Source: Clostridia bacterium (GTDB lineage: Bacteria > Bacillota > Clostridia > Oscillospirales > CAG-272). Taken from it: a stretch of DNA of 64,000 nt. The stretch is taken from the NCBI GenBank assembly GCA_017464565.1, contig JAFTZH010000008.1, positions 66,485 to 130,484 on the forward strand, given 5' to 3'. The notes under the pieces were generated by a model, which ran no database searches, was not told the DNA's origin, and was given only the letters and a program-made list of their open reading frames with translations. The first letter of the stretch is position 1, and each line of letters begins with the position of its first letter. Positions 9,998 to 19,748 of the stretch are shown in pieces. The position numbers and the translations under genes were made by a program.

Positions 9998-10753
9998 TCA
10001 AGAAAGCTCCAAAAAGCAGGCTATACAAGCCAGAACGAAGCCCGAAGCGGTCTCGGTACGCAATATTCTTTTTCCAAGCCCCGTCATTATCATTCCCGCG
10101 TCCTTGCAAACTCTCGCCTCATCAATCGAAAAGCCTCCCTCGCTTCCTATTATTACCGAAAGCGTCTTTGGTATTCCTCCGTTTCCGCCCGCCGCCATAT
10201 CGCTCAATATCTTTCCGACGGGCATAGTACCGTCTCCCTCGTAGCAGAACAGGCACGCGTCGCTCTCACAGGCAAGAGAAATCATCTCAGAAAATCCCAC
10301 GCTCTCTCCGACGCGGGGCAAAAGGCTGCGCCCGCACTGCTTTGCCGCCTCCTCGGCTATCCTGTTTCTGCGCTGATTCTTTTTGTCCTCCGCCTCTCTC
10401 TTTATCTTCACCACGCATCTTTCGCTCTCAAACGGAATTATTTCGGAAGCGCCGCACTCGACCGCCTTCTGAATCACAGTATCAAGCTTGTCCCCCTTGG
10501 GAAGCGCCTGAAACAGCCTAATATATACGGGAGGCTCGTTTTCCGCCGCTTTGCTTGACGTTATACGCGCTTCCACACACCCCTCGGCAAACGAGGCAAG
10601 CTCGCAGTCGTATTCACAGCCCTGCATATCGCACACCGTTATACGCTCGCCCGCCGCCATTCTCAAGGAACGTGATATATGGTGCGCGTCCTCACCCACG
10701 ATGCGTACCGTATCTCCGTCTATCTGATTTCGTCTTACAAAAAATCTCGGCAT
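9998..10753 (-). CDS. rsmE: 16S rRNA (uracil1498-N3)-methyltransferase RsmE
   Basis: MPRFFV... N-terminus typical of RsmE, with a SPOUT C-terminal region (IIGSEGGFS). Start taken at the ATG preceded by GGAGGTAAAT. Confidence 0.88.
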   Translation of the reverse strand: MPRFFVRRNQIDGDTVRIVGEDAHHISRSLRMAAGERITVCDMQGCEYDCELASFAEGCVEARITSSKAAENEPPVYIRLFQALPKGDKLDTVIQKAVECGASEIIPFESERCVVKIKREAEDKKNQRRNRIAEEAAKQCGRSLLPRVGESVGFSEMISLACESDACLFCYEGDGTMPVGKILSDMAAGGNGGIPKTLSVIIGSEGGFSIDEARVCKDAGMIMTGLGKRILRTETASGFVLACIACFLELS

Positions 10754-10917
10754 ATTTACCTCCAAGGCGACCAAGGCGCAAATATAAAGCCTCGGTCAAG
10801 CATTAACACAATTATATTATAGCTTTTCCTCTTTGTCAATCGGATTTTGCAAGAAGGCTCTTTTTTATTGCTAATTATAATATATATTGAATAAAATATT
10901 AAATATTTCAAAAAATG

Positions 10918-10946
10918 TAGAAATAAAAGAAAAAGTATGATATAAT
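10918..10946 (+). promoter_or_regulatory. candidate sigma-A promoter for lon (TAGAAA-17-TGATATAAT, extended -10)
   Basis: Perfect TATAAT at 10941..10946 preceded by TGn. The -35 element matches 4 of 6 positions. Lies about 75 nt upstream of the lon ATG. Confidence 0.4.
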
Positions 10947-11019
10947 AAAGCGATAAGTATAAAATCGGCGTATTCGTACCAATATACGAACGCCGCAAAC
11001 CACGGCAAAAGGAATAAAT

Positions 11020-13449
11020 ATGAGAAAATATATAGAAAAAATCGAACAGCTTACGCTTCCCGTAATCGCCCTGCGCGGAATAGTCGCCTTTCCAGGCGTA
11101 ACGCTCAGCTTCGAGTGCGAGAACGGTGAGAGTATAAAAGCGGCGGAGGCCGCGTTTGAGACCGATTCTATGGTGCTTCTCTGCTCCGCGAAGGACCTTT
11201 CCGACGAGCAGGACCCACGCAAGCTATTCAAGGTTGGCACGGTAGCAAAAATAAAACAATCGGTCAAGACTCCCGAGGGAAATATGCGTATAATCGCGGA
11301 AGGGTACACGAGAGCATCGGTATCCGAGTTCAGACGCTTTGCCGATTATCTGTGCGCTGACGCGATATCCAAGGTAGTAGCTATGTCGGACGAGGACAGT
11401 CTGCGAAGCGAAGCGTATATGCGCGCTATGCTCTCCGAGGTTGAAGCGCTCGTCAAGCTTCTTCCTTCGGTCAGCGACGACGTACTTATGACCGCAAGAT
11501 CTATAAAAACGCCCGCGCTTCTTGCAGATTTCATAGCCTCGAATATCCTCGTAAAATACGAGGATAAGCAAAAAATTCTTGAGTGCTTTGAGCCGGTAAA
11601 AAGAATCGAGATACTCATAGCGCTTCTCGAAAGCGAAGCGGAAATGCTCGAATACGAGCTTAACATACACAAAAAGGTACGTGAAAATCTCGGAAGAAAT
11701 CAAAAGGAATACTATCTGCGCGAGCAGATACGGGTAATCCAAGACGAGCTTGGAGACGGCGCCGACAGCGAGATAGAGGAATATCATAAGAAAATAAGCT
11801 CCGCGAAGCTGCCCGACGAGATATCCGAAAAGCTTCACAAAGAAACCGACCGTCTTGCCAAGGTTCCCTTCGGCTCTGCCGAATCCTCTGTGATACGCTC
11901 TTACCTCGACGTTTGTCTTGAGCTTCCGTGGAGTGCCTCCACCAAGGACAGAGTAAACGTATCGGCGGCTAAAAAGATACTTGACGCCGACCACGACGGT
12001 ATGGAAAAAATAAAGGAGAGGATACTCGAATTTCTCGCCGTAAAGCAGCTCAATCCCGAGCTGAAAAATCAGATAATTTGTTTGGTCGGTCCTCCCGGAG
12101 TCGGAAAAACCTCTATCGCGGCGTCGGTAGCGAGGGCTATGAACCGTAAGTACGTAAGAGTCTCCCTCGGAGGTATAAGAGACGAGGCTGATATAAGAGG
12201 ACACAGAAAAACCTATATCGGAGCTATGCCGGGGCGCATAATAAATGCTCTGACACAGGCAAAGGTAAACAATCCCCTGATACTTCTTGACGAAATCGAC
12301 AAGCTCACGCGCGACGCGCACGGAGATCCGTCGTCAGCGCTTCTAGAGGTGCTTGACGGAGAGCAGAACAAAAATTTCAGAGACCATTTCATCGAGATGC
12401 CGTTTGACCTTTCAAACTGCGTATTTATAGCCACCGCAAACAAGCTCGATACCATTCCCCGTCCTCTTCTCGACAGAATGGAGGTAATAAAACTCTCGGC
12501 GTATACGAGAACCGAAAAGCTCGCGATAGCAAAGCATCATTTACTTCCCAAACAGCTGAAAAGGCACGGTATGACGAAGAAAAAGCTGCGTATAGAGGAC
12601 GGCGCGATAGAGGAGATTATCGACTGCTACACCAAAGAGGCGGGAGTTAGAAATCTTGAGCGCAGTCTTGCCGACGTTATCAGAAAAGCGGCGAAAAAAT
12701 CAGTCGAAAATCCCGAGCTTCAAAAAATTACCGTAACCGCCTCCGACGTAAAGGACTACCTTGGTGAGAGAAAGCTTCTTCCCGAGCGTATCTCCGAATA
12801 CGACGAGATAGGCACGGTGAACGGTCTTGCGTATACTGAGGCCGGAGGCGACGTGCTCAAGGTTGAGGCTCTTATCCTTGAAGGAAACGGGAAAATTGAG
12901 GTAACCGGCTCTCTCGGAAACGTAATGAAGGAGTCCTCAAAGCTCGCGGTAAGCTGCGTACGCGCGATATCCGCCGAGTACGGTATACCTGCCGACTTTT
13001 TCACCAAGCACGATATACATATACACTTTCCAGAGGGCGCTGTTCCCAAGGACGGTCCCTCGGCGGGAGTTACTATGGTAACGGCGATATTGAGCGCTAT
13101 CACGGGTACTCCCGTAAAGCGCGAGGTCGCTATGACGGGAGAGATATCTCTCCGAGGCAAGGTTCTCGCGATAGGCGGACTGAGGGAAAAGACTATGGCA
13201 GCTTATTCCGCGGGAATAACCACCGTCCTCATTCCGTCAGACAATACGCGCGATTTCGACGAGCTTGACGAGGCGGTAAAAAAGAGTATTGAATTTATTC
13301 CCTGCAAAAATATATCGGACGTTCTCGCAAACGCTCTCGTACAAAAAAAGACCGTCCCATTTAAAGAAGCGGAAAAACCTGAAGAACGTCTTCCCGAAAT
13401 AATTCCGCCCCAAGCCGAAAACCGTACCTCCGTACCGCTTTCAAGATAA
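11020..13449 (+). CDS. lon: ATP-dependent Lon protease (endopeptidase La)
   Basis: 809 aa. Walker A GPPGVGKTS and catalytic Ser motif PKDGPSAGVTM. Confidence 0.97.
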   Translation: MRKYIEKIEQLTLPVIALRGIVAFPGVTLSFECENGESIKAAEAAFETDSMVLLCSAKDLSDEQDPRKLFKVGTVAKIKQSVKTPEGNMRIIAEGYTRASVSEFRRFADYLCADAISKVVAMSDEDSLRSEAYMRAMLSEVEALVKLLPSVSDDVLMTARSIKTPALLADFIASNILVKYEDKQKILECFEPVKRIEILIALLESEAEMLEYELNIHKKVRENLGRNQKEYYLREQIRVIQDELGDGADSEIEEYHKKISSAKLPDEISEKLHKETDRLAKVPFGSAESSVIRSYLDVCLELPWSASTKDRVNVSAAKKILDADHDGMEKIKERILEFLAVKQLNPELKNQIICLVGPPGVGKTSIAASVARAMNRKYVRVSLGGIRDEADIRGHRKTYIGAMPGRIINALTQAKVNNPLILLDEIDKLTRDAHGDPSSALLEVLDGEQNKNFRDHFIEMPFDLSNCVFIATANKLDTIPRPLLDRMEVIKLSAYTRTEKLAIAKHHLLPKQLKRHGMTKKKLRIEDGAIEEIIDCYTKEAGVRNLERSLADVIRKAAKKSVENPELQKITVTASDVKDYLGERKLLPERISEYDEIGTVNGLAYTEAGGDVLKVEALILEGNGKIEVTGSLGNVMKESSKLAVSCVRAISAEYGIPADFFTKHDIHIHFPEGAVPKDGPSAGVTMVTAILSAITGTPVKREVAMTGEISLRGKVLAIGGLREKTMAAYSAGITTVLIPSDNTRDFDELDEAVKKSIEFIPCKNISDVLANALVQKKTVPFKEAEKPEERLPEIIPPQAENRTSVPLSR

Positions 13450-13470
13450 AAATACAGAAAGGTAACGGCT

Positions 13471-14073
13471 ATGCCCATAAATACACAGAATGCCTCTCTC
13501 CGAATAAGCGCGGGACTTCCGAGACAATTTCCGACAGACAAAATGGTACAGGTAGCTCTTTCGGGACGCTCCAACGTCGGAAAAAGCTCGCTCGTAAACA
13601 CGCTTCTCGGAAGAAAGTCCTTGGCGAGAGTAAGCTCCTCGCCCGGAAAAACGATAACCGTAAACTTTTACGACGTCGATAAAAAGCTCTTCCTCGTGGA
13701 CCTTCCCGGCTACGGCTTCGCAAAAAGATCTGCCGAGGATAAAAAAACGTGGTCCTCGCTCACCGACGGATATTTCACGAACAATCCCAATATCGACCTG
13801 CTCAAACTCGTCGTACAGCTCGTTGACAGCCGTATCGGTCCCACGAAGGACGACGAAATGATGCTCGATTTTATGAACGGAGCAGATATTCCGTATATAA
13901 TCGCGGCAACGAAATCGGATAAGCTGAACAAAACCGAGAGAGAAAAAAGCGCCGAGCTGATCTCGTCTAACGGATATATTCTTCCCGATACACCGATAAT
14001 ATATTTCTCGTCGCTGAAGAACGAGGGAAAGAACGAGCTTTGGAAGGAAATATTCAGATATACGGGACTTTGA
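13471..14073 (+). CDS. engB: ribosome-biogenesis GTPase EngB/YsxC
   Basis: G1 motif GRSNVGKSSLVN, DLPGYG, and the lon-ysxC synteny seen in Bacillus. Confidence 0.92.
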   Translation: MPINTQNASLRISAGLPRQFPTDKMVQVALSGRSNVGKSSLVNTLLGRKSLARVSSSPGKTITVNFYDVDKKLFLVDLPGYGFAKRSAEDKKTWSSLTDGYFTNNPNIDLLKLVVQLVDSRIGPTKDDEMMLDFMNGADIPYIIAATKSDKLNKTEREKSAELISSNGYILPDTPIIYFSSLKNEGKNELWKEIFRYTGL

Positions 14074-14107
14074 GCCTTACGCTCGCGAAACCCGAAAGGA
14101 CGCACAG

Positions 14108-14752
14108 ATGACACAACTTATTCTTATACGCCACGGTCAAAGCGTGGCTAACGCGCAAAACAGATTCGCGGGGCACTCCAATTTTGACCTCACCGATATC
14201 GGTAAGGAGCAAGCCCGCCTTGCCGCGAAATATATATACGAGCACTTCAAGGTGGACGCGATTTACGCGAGCGACCTCAAGCGCGCGTATCACACCGCAC
14301 TCCCCGCAGCCGAGCTGTTCGGTCTGCCCGTCAACAAAAGAACTGGACTCCGCGAGCTGTTCGCGGGAGAATGGGAAACGCTCACCTTTGACGAGATACT
14401 CGAGCAGTATCCACGGGATTTTGAGGTGTGGCAAAACGACTTTTCAAACGCGAGATGTACCGACGGTGAGAGCGTATTCGAGCTTTACGACCGAGTATGC
14501 GCCGAGATGCTTTCGATTGCCGCAGAAAACGACGGGCGCAGCGTGCTCATAGCGACGCACGCCACTCCAATAAGAGTTTTCGAGTGTATGTCGAGAGGAC
14601 TCGGAGCCGAGCATACGGGAGATATAAATTTCGTCCGCAACGCCTCGATAAATATTTTCAGCGTGGACGGCGGAAAGCCGTCGGTAGTTCAGACCAATAT
14701 CACAGAACACCTGAATCCGCTTATAAGCACGTTTGATTCCAACCAAAAATAA
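14108..14752 (+). CDS. histidine phosphatase family protein (phosphoglycerate mutase-like)
   Basis: RHG motif (LIRHGQS) and ...ATHATPIR... 214 aa. Confidence 0.85.
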   Translation: MTQLILIRHGQSVANAQNRFAGHSNFDLTDIGKEQARLAAKYIYEHFKVDAIYASDLKRAYHTALPAAELFGLPVNKRTGLRELFAGEWETLTFDEILEQYPRDFEVWQNDFSNARCTDGESVFELYDRVCAEMLSIAAENDGRSVLIATHATPIRVFECMSRGLGAEHTGDINFVRNASINIFSVDGGKPSVVQTNITEHLNPLISTFDSNQK

Positions 14753-14796
14753 TAATAAATCAGCCATTCTTTTTAGTTTCAGGAGAAACGAATAAA

Positions 14797-16098
14797 ATGA
14801 TAATTCACGAAAATTTTGACGTAAACGAAAAAGGACACCTCACCATAGGAGACGCCGACGCGGTAGAGCTTGCCGAAAAATTCGGAACTCCCGCATATAT
14901 TTTGGACGAAAATACGATACGCAAAAATTGCAGAACCTATCTGCGCGCCGCTACCGAATATTTCGGCGCGGACGCGCTTCCCCTCTACGCTTCAAAGGCG
15001 CTCTGCTTTACGGGTATCTATAAGATAGCCGCCGAGGAAGGTCTCGGAGTTGACTGCGTTTCGGGCGGCGAGATATTCACGGCAAAAAAAGCGGGATTTC
15101 CCGCCGAAAAAATCTATTTTCACGGCAACAACAAAACCAACCGCGATATAAAGGACGCGCTCGACGCGGGCGTAGGCACCTTCGTGGTGGATAACGAGGA
15201 CGAGCTTGAAGCCCTCTCCGCAGAAGCGGTACGCAGGGGAATTACCCAGAGAATACTGCTCAGAATAACCCCCGGTATCGACCCCCACACACACCGCGCG
15301 GTAGTTACGGGCAACGTTGACTCAAAATTCGGAAGCGCGATAGTTACGGGTCAGGCTATGGAGATAGTAAAAAAGGCTCTTTCCGCCGACGGTATAAGGC
15401 TTGCGGGACTGCACTGCCATATCGGCTCGCAGATATTCGATATCGACCCGTTCTCCGACGCCGCTTCAATAATGGTAAAATTCATTGCGGAAATAAAAGA
15501 AAAATGCGGATATGAAATAGACGAGCTAAATCTCGGAGGAGGTCTCGGAGTAAGATACACCGAGTACGACAGAGAGATAGATTACGCCGAGGCTATCAAG
15601 GACATAGCCGCGGTAGTTACGGACTTCTGCAAGGAGCACCGAATAAAAATGCCTAAAATAATCCTTGAGCCGGGGCGTTCGCTCGTCGCGGCGGCGGGAG
15701 CTACCCTCTATACCGTAGGCTCGGTTAAGGAGATACCCGGATTCAAAAACTATATTTCGGTAGACGGCGGTATGCCCGATAACCCAAGATACGCGCTTTA
15801 TCAGTCTCAATATACGGCGCTCATAGCGAACAGAGCCGACGCTCCGCGCGGCTACCGCGCAACCGTCGCGGGCCGCTGCTGTGAATCGGGAGACCTTCTC
15901 GGAGAGAATATGGAAATACAAAAAGCCGAGCGCGGAGATATACTCGCCGTTCTCGTAACCGGAGCTTATAACTATTCTATGGCGTCAAATTATAACCGTA
16001 TCCCCCGCCCTCCGATAATTATGATAAAGGACGGAGAGCCGAGAATAGCGGTAAGGCGCGAGACCTACGAAGACCTCACGGCGAACGACGTGATTTAA
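14797..16098 (+). CDS. lysA: diaminopimelate decarboxylase
   Basis: PLP-dependent group IV decarboxylase motifs: YASKA, HCHIGSQ, EPGRSLVA, CESGD. Confidence 0.93.
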   Translation: MIIHENFDVNEKGHLTIGDADAVELAEKFGTPAYILDENTIRKNCRTYLRAATEYFGADALPLYASKALCFTGIYKIAAEEGLGVDCVSGGEIFTAKKAGFPAEKIYFHGNNKTNRDIKDALDAGVGTFVVDNEDELEALSAEAVRRGITQRILLRITPGIDPHTHRAVVTGNVDSKFGSAIVTGQAMEIVKKALSADGIRLAGLHCHIGSQIFDIDPFSDAASIMVKFIAEIKEKCGYEIDELNLGGGLGVRYTEYDREIDYAEAIKDIAAVVTDFCKEHRIKMPKIILEPGRSLVAAAGATLYTVGSVKEIPGFKNYISVDGGMPDNPRYALYQSQYTALIANRADAPRGYRATVAGRCCESGDLLGENMEIQKAERGDILAVLVTGAYNYSMASNYNRIPRPPIIMIKDGEPRIAVRRETYEDLTANDVI

Positions 16099-16123
16099 AA
16101 AATCAATTTCGGAGTATTTAATT

Positions 16124-16792
16124 ATGCTTAGTAATCTATTGTCGGGAGCCGATATTACGAGTATTCTTATTCAGATATTGCTCAGCCTGCCGATAGTCCT
16201 GCTATCACTCTCTATGCACGAGATGGCACACGGATACGCGGCGGATAAGCTCGGAGACCCAACGGCACGCAATCTCGGACGAGTTACCCTCAACCCCTTG
16301 AAGCATCTTGATCCGATAGGCTTTATATGTATGCTTCTCTTCGGCTTCGGTTGGGCAAATCCCGTACCGATAAACTCAAGATATTTCAAAAAGCCCCGCA
16401 GAGATATGGCTATAGCCGCGGCGGCAGGTCCCCTTTCAAACCTCTTTCTCGCGCTTATCTTCACCGTTCTGCTCAAGGGCTACGATATGCTTATCACGTC
16501 GGTAACGATACAGAACGTACTGCTGGCAAACATAGTATTTACTTTCCTTTATCTTGGAATAAGACTCAATATCACCCTCGCGGTCTTTAACCTGTTCCCC
16601 ATACCGCCGCTTGACGGTTCGAGAATACTCTACGTATTTCTCCCGCCGAAATATTATTTCGGCTTGATGAAATACGAGCGTTATATATCGCTTGGAATTA
16701 TGCTTCTTTTGCTTCTCGGAGTTCTTGATCCCGTCATAAGCTTCGTATCCGGCGGAATTATGAACCTTCTTTTCCTCATCGTCGGACTGTAA
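16124..16792 (+). CDS. site-2 protease family (M50) membrane metalloprotease
   Basis: HEMAHG zinc motif within a polytopic membrane protein. 222 aa. Confidence 0.85.
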   Translation: MLSNLLSGADITSILIQILLSLPIVLLSLSMHEMAHGYAADKLGDPTARNLGRVTLNPLKHLDPIGFICMLLFGFGWANPVPINSRYFKKPRRDMAIAAAAGPLSNLFLALIFTVLLKGYDMLITSVTIQNVLLANIVFTFLYLGIRLNITLAVFNLFPIPPLDGSRILYVFLPPKYYFGLMKYERYISLGIMLLLLLGVLDPVISFVSGGIMNLLFLIVGL

Positions 16793-16813
16793 AAATCAAC
16801 GGAGTGTTATTAT

Positions 16814-17608
16814 ATGGAAGCTGTAACGTACAGACTTGAACAATTTGAGGGCCCGCTCGACCTTCTTCTTACACTGATACACAAAAACAAGGTCAGCATC
16901 ACCGATATACCGATAGCCCTCATATGCGACCAATATATAGAATATATAAACGGCGCGAAAGAACTGAATATGGACGTCGCTTCCGAATTTATAGTTATGG
17001 CGAGCGAGCTTATGCTCATAAAGAGTAAAATGCTTCTTCCCAAAGAGGAGGAGGACGAGGAAGACCCGCGCGCACAGCTTGCCGACGCCCTGCTCAGATA
17101 CCAGCAGGCAAAGGAGGCAGCGCAGAAGCTCTCACCGCTTTACGCTTTTTACAGCGGGCGTATGGTCAAGGATACCGACGAGATATCTATTGATAAAACC
17201 TACGTTCAGGACCAGCAGGTAACCTCGCTCTGCACCGCGGTGAGAAGGATAATCGCTTATAACAACGCACTTGAAAAAGCGGCAAACACCACTTTTAAGC
17301 CAATGATAAGCAAGCCTATAATTCCCGTTGAAATAAAGATAGTATCTATAATCAAAACGATAGAAAAAAAAGGCTTTGCGACGCTTGAGGAGCTTCTGAT
17401 AAGCGAGAGTACTCTGCCCGACCTCATAGCAAGCTTTCTCGGTGTGCTTGAGCTTATCAAGGTCAGACGCATACTCGTATCCGACGAGATCGACGAGACC
17501 AACGCCATTCTTGACTCGTCAACCCGCTTCGTGCTGAACGACGACGAGGAAGCAATCGAACAGAGCGAATACGGTATCGGTGAACAGATAGAATCCGATA
17601 TCGGTTAA
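16814..17608 (+). CDS. scpA: segregation and condensation protein A
   Basis: FEGPLDLLLTLIHKNKVSITDIPIA kleisin N-terminus, with scpB immediately downstream. Confidence 0.93.
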   Translation: MEAVTYRLEQFEGPLDLLLTLIHKNKVSITDIPIALICDQYIEYINGAKELNMDVASEFIVMASELMLIKSKMLLPKEEEDEEDPRAQLADALLRYQQAKEAAQKLSPLYAFYSGRMVKDTDEISIDKTYVQDQQVTSLCTAVRRIIAYNNALEKAANTTFKPMISKPIIPVEIKIVSIIKTIEKKGFATLEELLISESTLPDLIASFLGVLELIKVRRILVSDEIDETNAILDSSTRFVLNDDEEAIEQSEYGIGEQIESDIG

Positions 17609-17628
17609 AAAGGCAAGGAGACAGTTAA

Positions 17629-18255
17629 ATGGAAGAACAGATAGAACAGATAAAATGCGTGGAAAGCGCAATTGAGGCGATATTGTACGCGGCGGGATAT
17701 CCCGTAAAGTACGCCAAAATCGCAGAGGTTCTCGGTCTCGATATAAAAAACACTAAAAAAATTATCGAGCATATGAGCGAAGAATATAATAATCCTAAAT
17801 CCAAAAGAGGTATAAATCTTCTCCTCTTCCCCGAAACCTGCCAATTCTCCACAAAAGAGCAGTACGCCCCGTATATAAGAGAGGCGCTGGGAATTAAGAG
17901 AGGCGGAAACCTCTCGGCATCATCTATGGAGGTGCTTGCGGTAGTAGCCTATAATCAGCCCGTAACGCGCTCATTCGTCGATCAGGTGCGCGGAGTAGAC
18001 AGCTCGTACGCTATGAACTCGCTTATAGATAAAAGCCTTATAGAAGCCTGCGGACGGCTTGACGCCCCGGGCAGACCTATGCTTTACGTTACTACCGAGA
18101 AATTTTTGAGAGTTTTCGGTATCAATTCCCTCTCCGAGCTTCCCGCGACCGAAATAATACTTCCTCCTAAGGAGGACGCGCCTATGATAGCCGGCGAGGA
18201 ATTTGACGGGGTAGACGAGGATGCGGGCGTTACCGACGAGAAAAATGCGGAATAA
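17629..18255 (+). CDS. scpB: segregation and condensation protein B
   Basis: ScpB winged-helix repeats (AILYAAGYPV..., LEVLAVVAYNQPVTR). Confidence 0.92.
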   Translation: MEEQIEQIKCVESAIEAILYAAGYPVKYAKIAEVLGLDIKNTKKIIEHMSEEYNNPKSKRGINLLLFPETCQFSTKEQYAPYIREALGIKRGGNLSASSMEVLAVVAYNQPVTRSFVDQVRGVDSSYAMNSLIDKSLIEACGRLDAPGRPMLYVTTEKFLRVFGINSLSELPATEIILPPKEDAPMIAGEEFDGVDEDAGVTDEKNAE

Positions 18256-18357
18256 GAATAATTTACTGCCGATTAATATTTGAATAACGAAATAAACGAC
18301 AAACAAATAATATAAAAGGCGAATTTTTAACCAAAATATAATTTCTTCAGTATCGCT

Positions 18358-18396
18358 TTCTTTTGTTTACTTTTCTTTCTCGTGAAAGAAAAGTAA
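18358..18396. repeat. copy 1 of a 39-nt tandem direct repeat containing a perfect 13-bp hairpin (TTACTTTTCTTTC-tcgt-GAAAGAAAAGTAA)
   Basis: Read directly from the sequence. The hairpin core is 18367..18396. The repeat period is 48 nt. Confidence 0.9.
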
Positions 18397-18405
18397 AATG
18401 AAATA

Positions 18406-18444
18406 TTCTTTTGCTTACTTTTCTTTCTCACGAAAGAAAAGTAA
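18406..18444. repeat. copy 2 of the 39-nt tandem repeat/hairpin (TTACTTTTCTTTC-tcac-GAAAGAAAAGTAA)
   Basis: 36 of 39 nt identical to copy 1. Differences are one nt in the 5' flank and two nt in the loop. The hairpin core is 18415..18444. Confidence 0.9.
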
Positions 18445-18568
18445 GAGAAAACTTAAAAATAAGGAGGGATGAAAAACGGGAGCGCTTTGGACAATACTCA
18501 TAATAACCGCGGGAATTGCTTTTATAGCGTTTCTGAAAGCGACCGTTATCATCTCATATTCCGACGAA

Positions 18569-19198
18569 GTGAGGCTTTGCATCAAGGTATTATTTATAAA
18601 AATAAGAATACTTCCCGGCAAAAAGCCGAAAAAAGCAAAAGGAATGAGCGCAAAAAAGGCTGAAAAAATAAAGCGCAAAATGGCAAAAAAAGCCGAGAAG
18701 AAACGAATCGCCGACGCCGAGAAAAAGAAGAAAAAGGCGGAGAAGAAGGAATCGGGAGAGAAAAAAAGCATCTCCGAAATTATTGATAACGTCAAGCTAA
18801 TATCAAAGCTTGCCGTAACCGTAATTCATAAATTCTTTAAGCATCTTACGATAAAAATAGCAAGGATAAAAATGATAATAGCCACCGAGGATGCCGCAAC
18901 GACGGCGGTGGCGTACGGTGCGATAACCCAATCGCTGAATATCCTTTTGCCTGCATTGGAGTCGGTCAAAAATTTCAAAGACCTGAAAAACGCCGAAATT
19001 GAGATAGAGCCAAGCTTTCTCGACTCATCTCCGACGGTGGATATCAAAATTGCCTTCTCGATAAGAGTATGGCACGTTTTCGACGCGGCGTTCTCCGCCC
19101 TGCGTACCTTCCTGAAGCACAAGTTCAATTCTGACGTCCAACCGCAAAAAAGCGAAAATCCACAACATAAGTTCAATAATAAAAATAAAGATAAATAA
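18569..19198 (+). CDS. DUF2953 (YtfI-like) sporulation-associated protein; N-terminus problematic (see findings)
   Basis: Lys-rich linker, then a C-terminal domain. Sits directly upstream of a ytfJ/GerW homologue, as in Bacillus ytfI-ytfJ. The frame stays open upstream to 18473 and encodes a TM helix there. Confidence 0.65.
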   Translation: MRLCIKVLFIKIRILPGKKPKKAKGMSAKKAEKIKRKMAKKAEKKRIADAEKKKKKAEKKESGEKKSISEIIDNVKLISKLAVTVIHKFFKHLTIKIARIKMIIATEDAATTAVAYGAITQSLNILLPALESVKNFKDLKNAEIEIEPSFLDSSPTVDIKIAFSIRVWHVFDAAFSALRTFLKHKFNSDVQPQKSENPQHKFNNKNKDK

Positions 19199-19218
19199 CT
19201 TCTGAAAGGAAAAAAATT

Positions 19219-19632
19219 ATGGCAAGCGAAAACAAAATCCCCGAAATAATCAAATCCTCACTCGAGAACGTGCGCTCAATAGTAGACACGAACACCGTCG
19301 TAGGCGAGCCTATCGTTACAGCTACGGGAACTACTATAATCCCGATATCAAAAATTTCGGTAGGAGTCGCCACGGGAGGCGTTGACTACGCTTCAAAAAA
19401 GGAGGGCGCTCCCAAGCCCCAGAACTTCGGCGGAGGCGGCGGAACGGGCGTTACCGTAGCTCCCGTGGGATTTCTCGTCGTAGATACAGAGGGAGAGGTT
19501 GAGTTTATCAACGTAAGCAATAAGGGCAAGCCCGACCCTGTAGATCAGATTGCGGATCTCGTCGAGCGCACCCCCGATATTATCGCGAAGATAAAGAAAA
19601 TATTCTCCAAGGAACCCGAGGAAACGATATAA
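19219..19632 (+). CDS. ytfJ: GerW/YtfJ-family sporulation protein
   Basis: ...TVVGEPIVTATGTTIIPISKISVGVATGG... and the G-rich loop FGGGGGTGVTVAPVGFLVV are typical of YtfJ. Confidence 0.88.
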   Translation: MASENKIPEIIKSSLENVRSIVDTNTVVGEPIVTATGTTIIPISKISVGVATGGVDYASKKEGAPKPQNFGGGGGTGVTVAPVGFLVVDTEGEVEFINVSNKGKPDPVDQIADLVERTPDIIAKIKKIFSKEPEETI

Positions 19633-19663
19633 AGTAATTTTACGCTTTCCCACACCATATAAT

Positions 19664-19701
19664 AAACCAAGGCAGACACAAGCACTGCCTTGGTTTGCCT
19701 T
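19664..19701 (+). terminator. rho-independent terminator after ytfJ
   Basis: AAACCAAGGCAG-acacaagca-CUGCCUUGGUUU followed by a U-rich stretch. Confidence 0.7.
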
Positions 19702-19748
19702 GCCGTTTTACAGTCGGCGCAAGTTAGGGTGAGAGGGGATTACGTTTG

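Noticed and set aside
18358-18444. Possible mini CRISPR array, suggested by the repeated palindromic units.
   Set aside because: There are only two units with a 9-nt gap between them, no spacer-sized unique inserts, no cas genes in the window, and the repeat is very AT-rich. It is better described as a tandem hairpin duplication.
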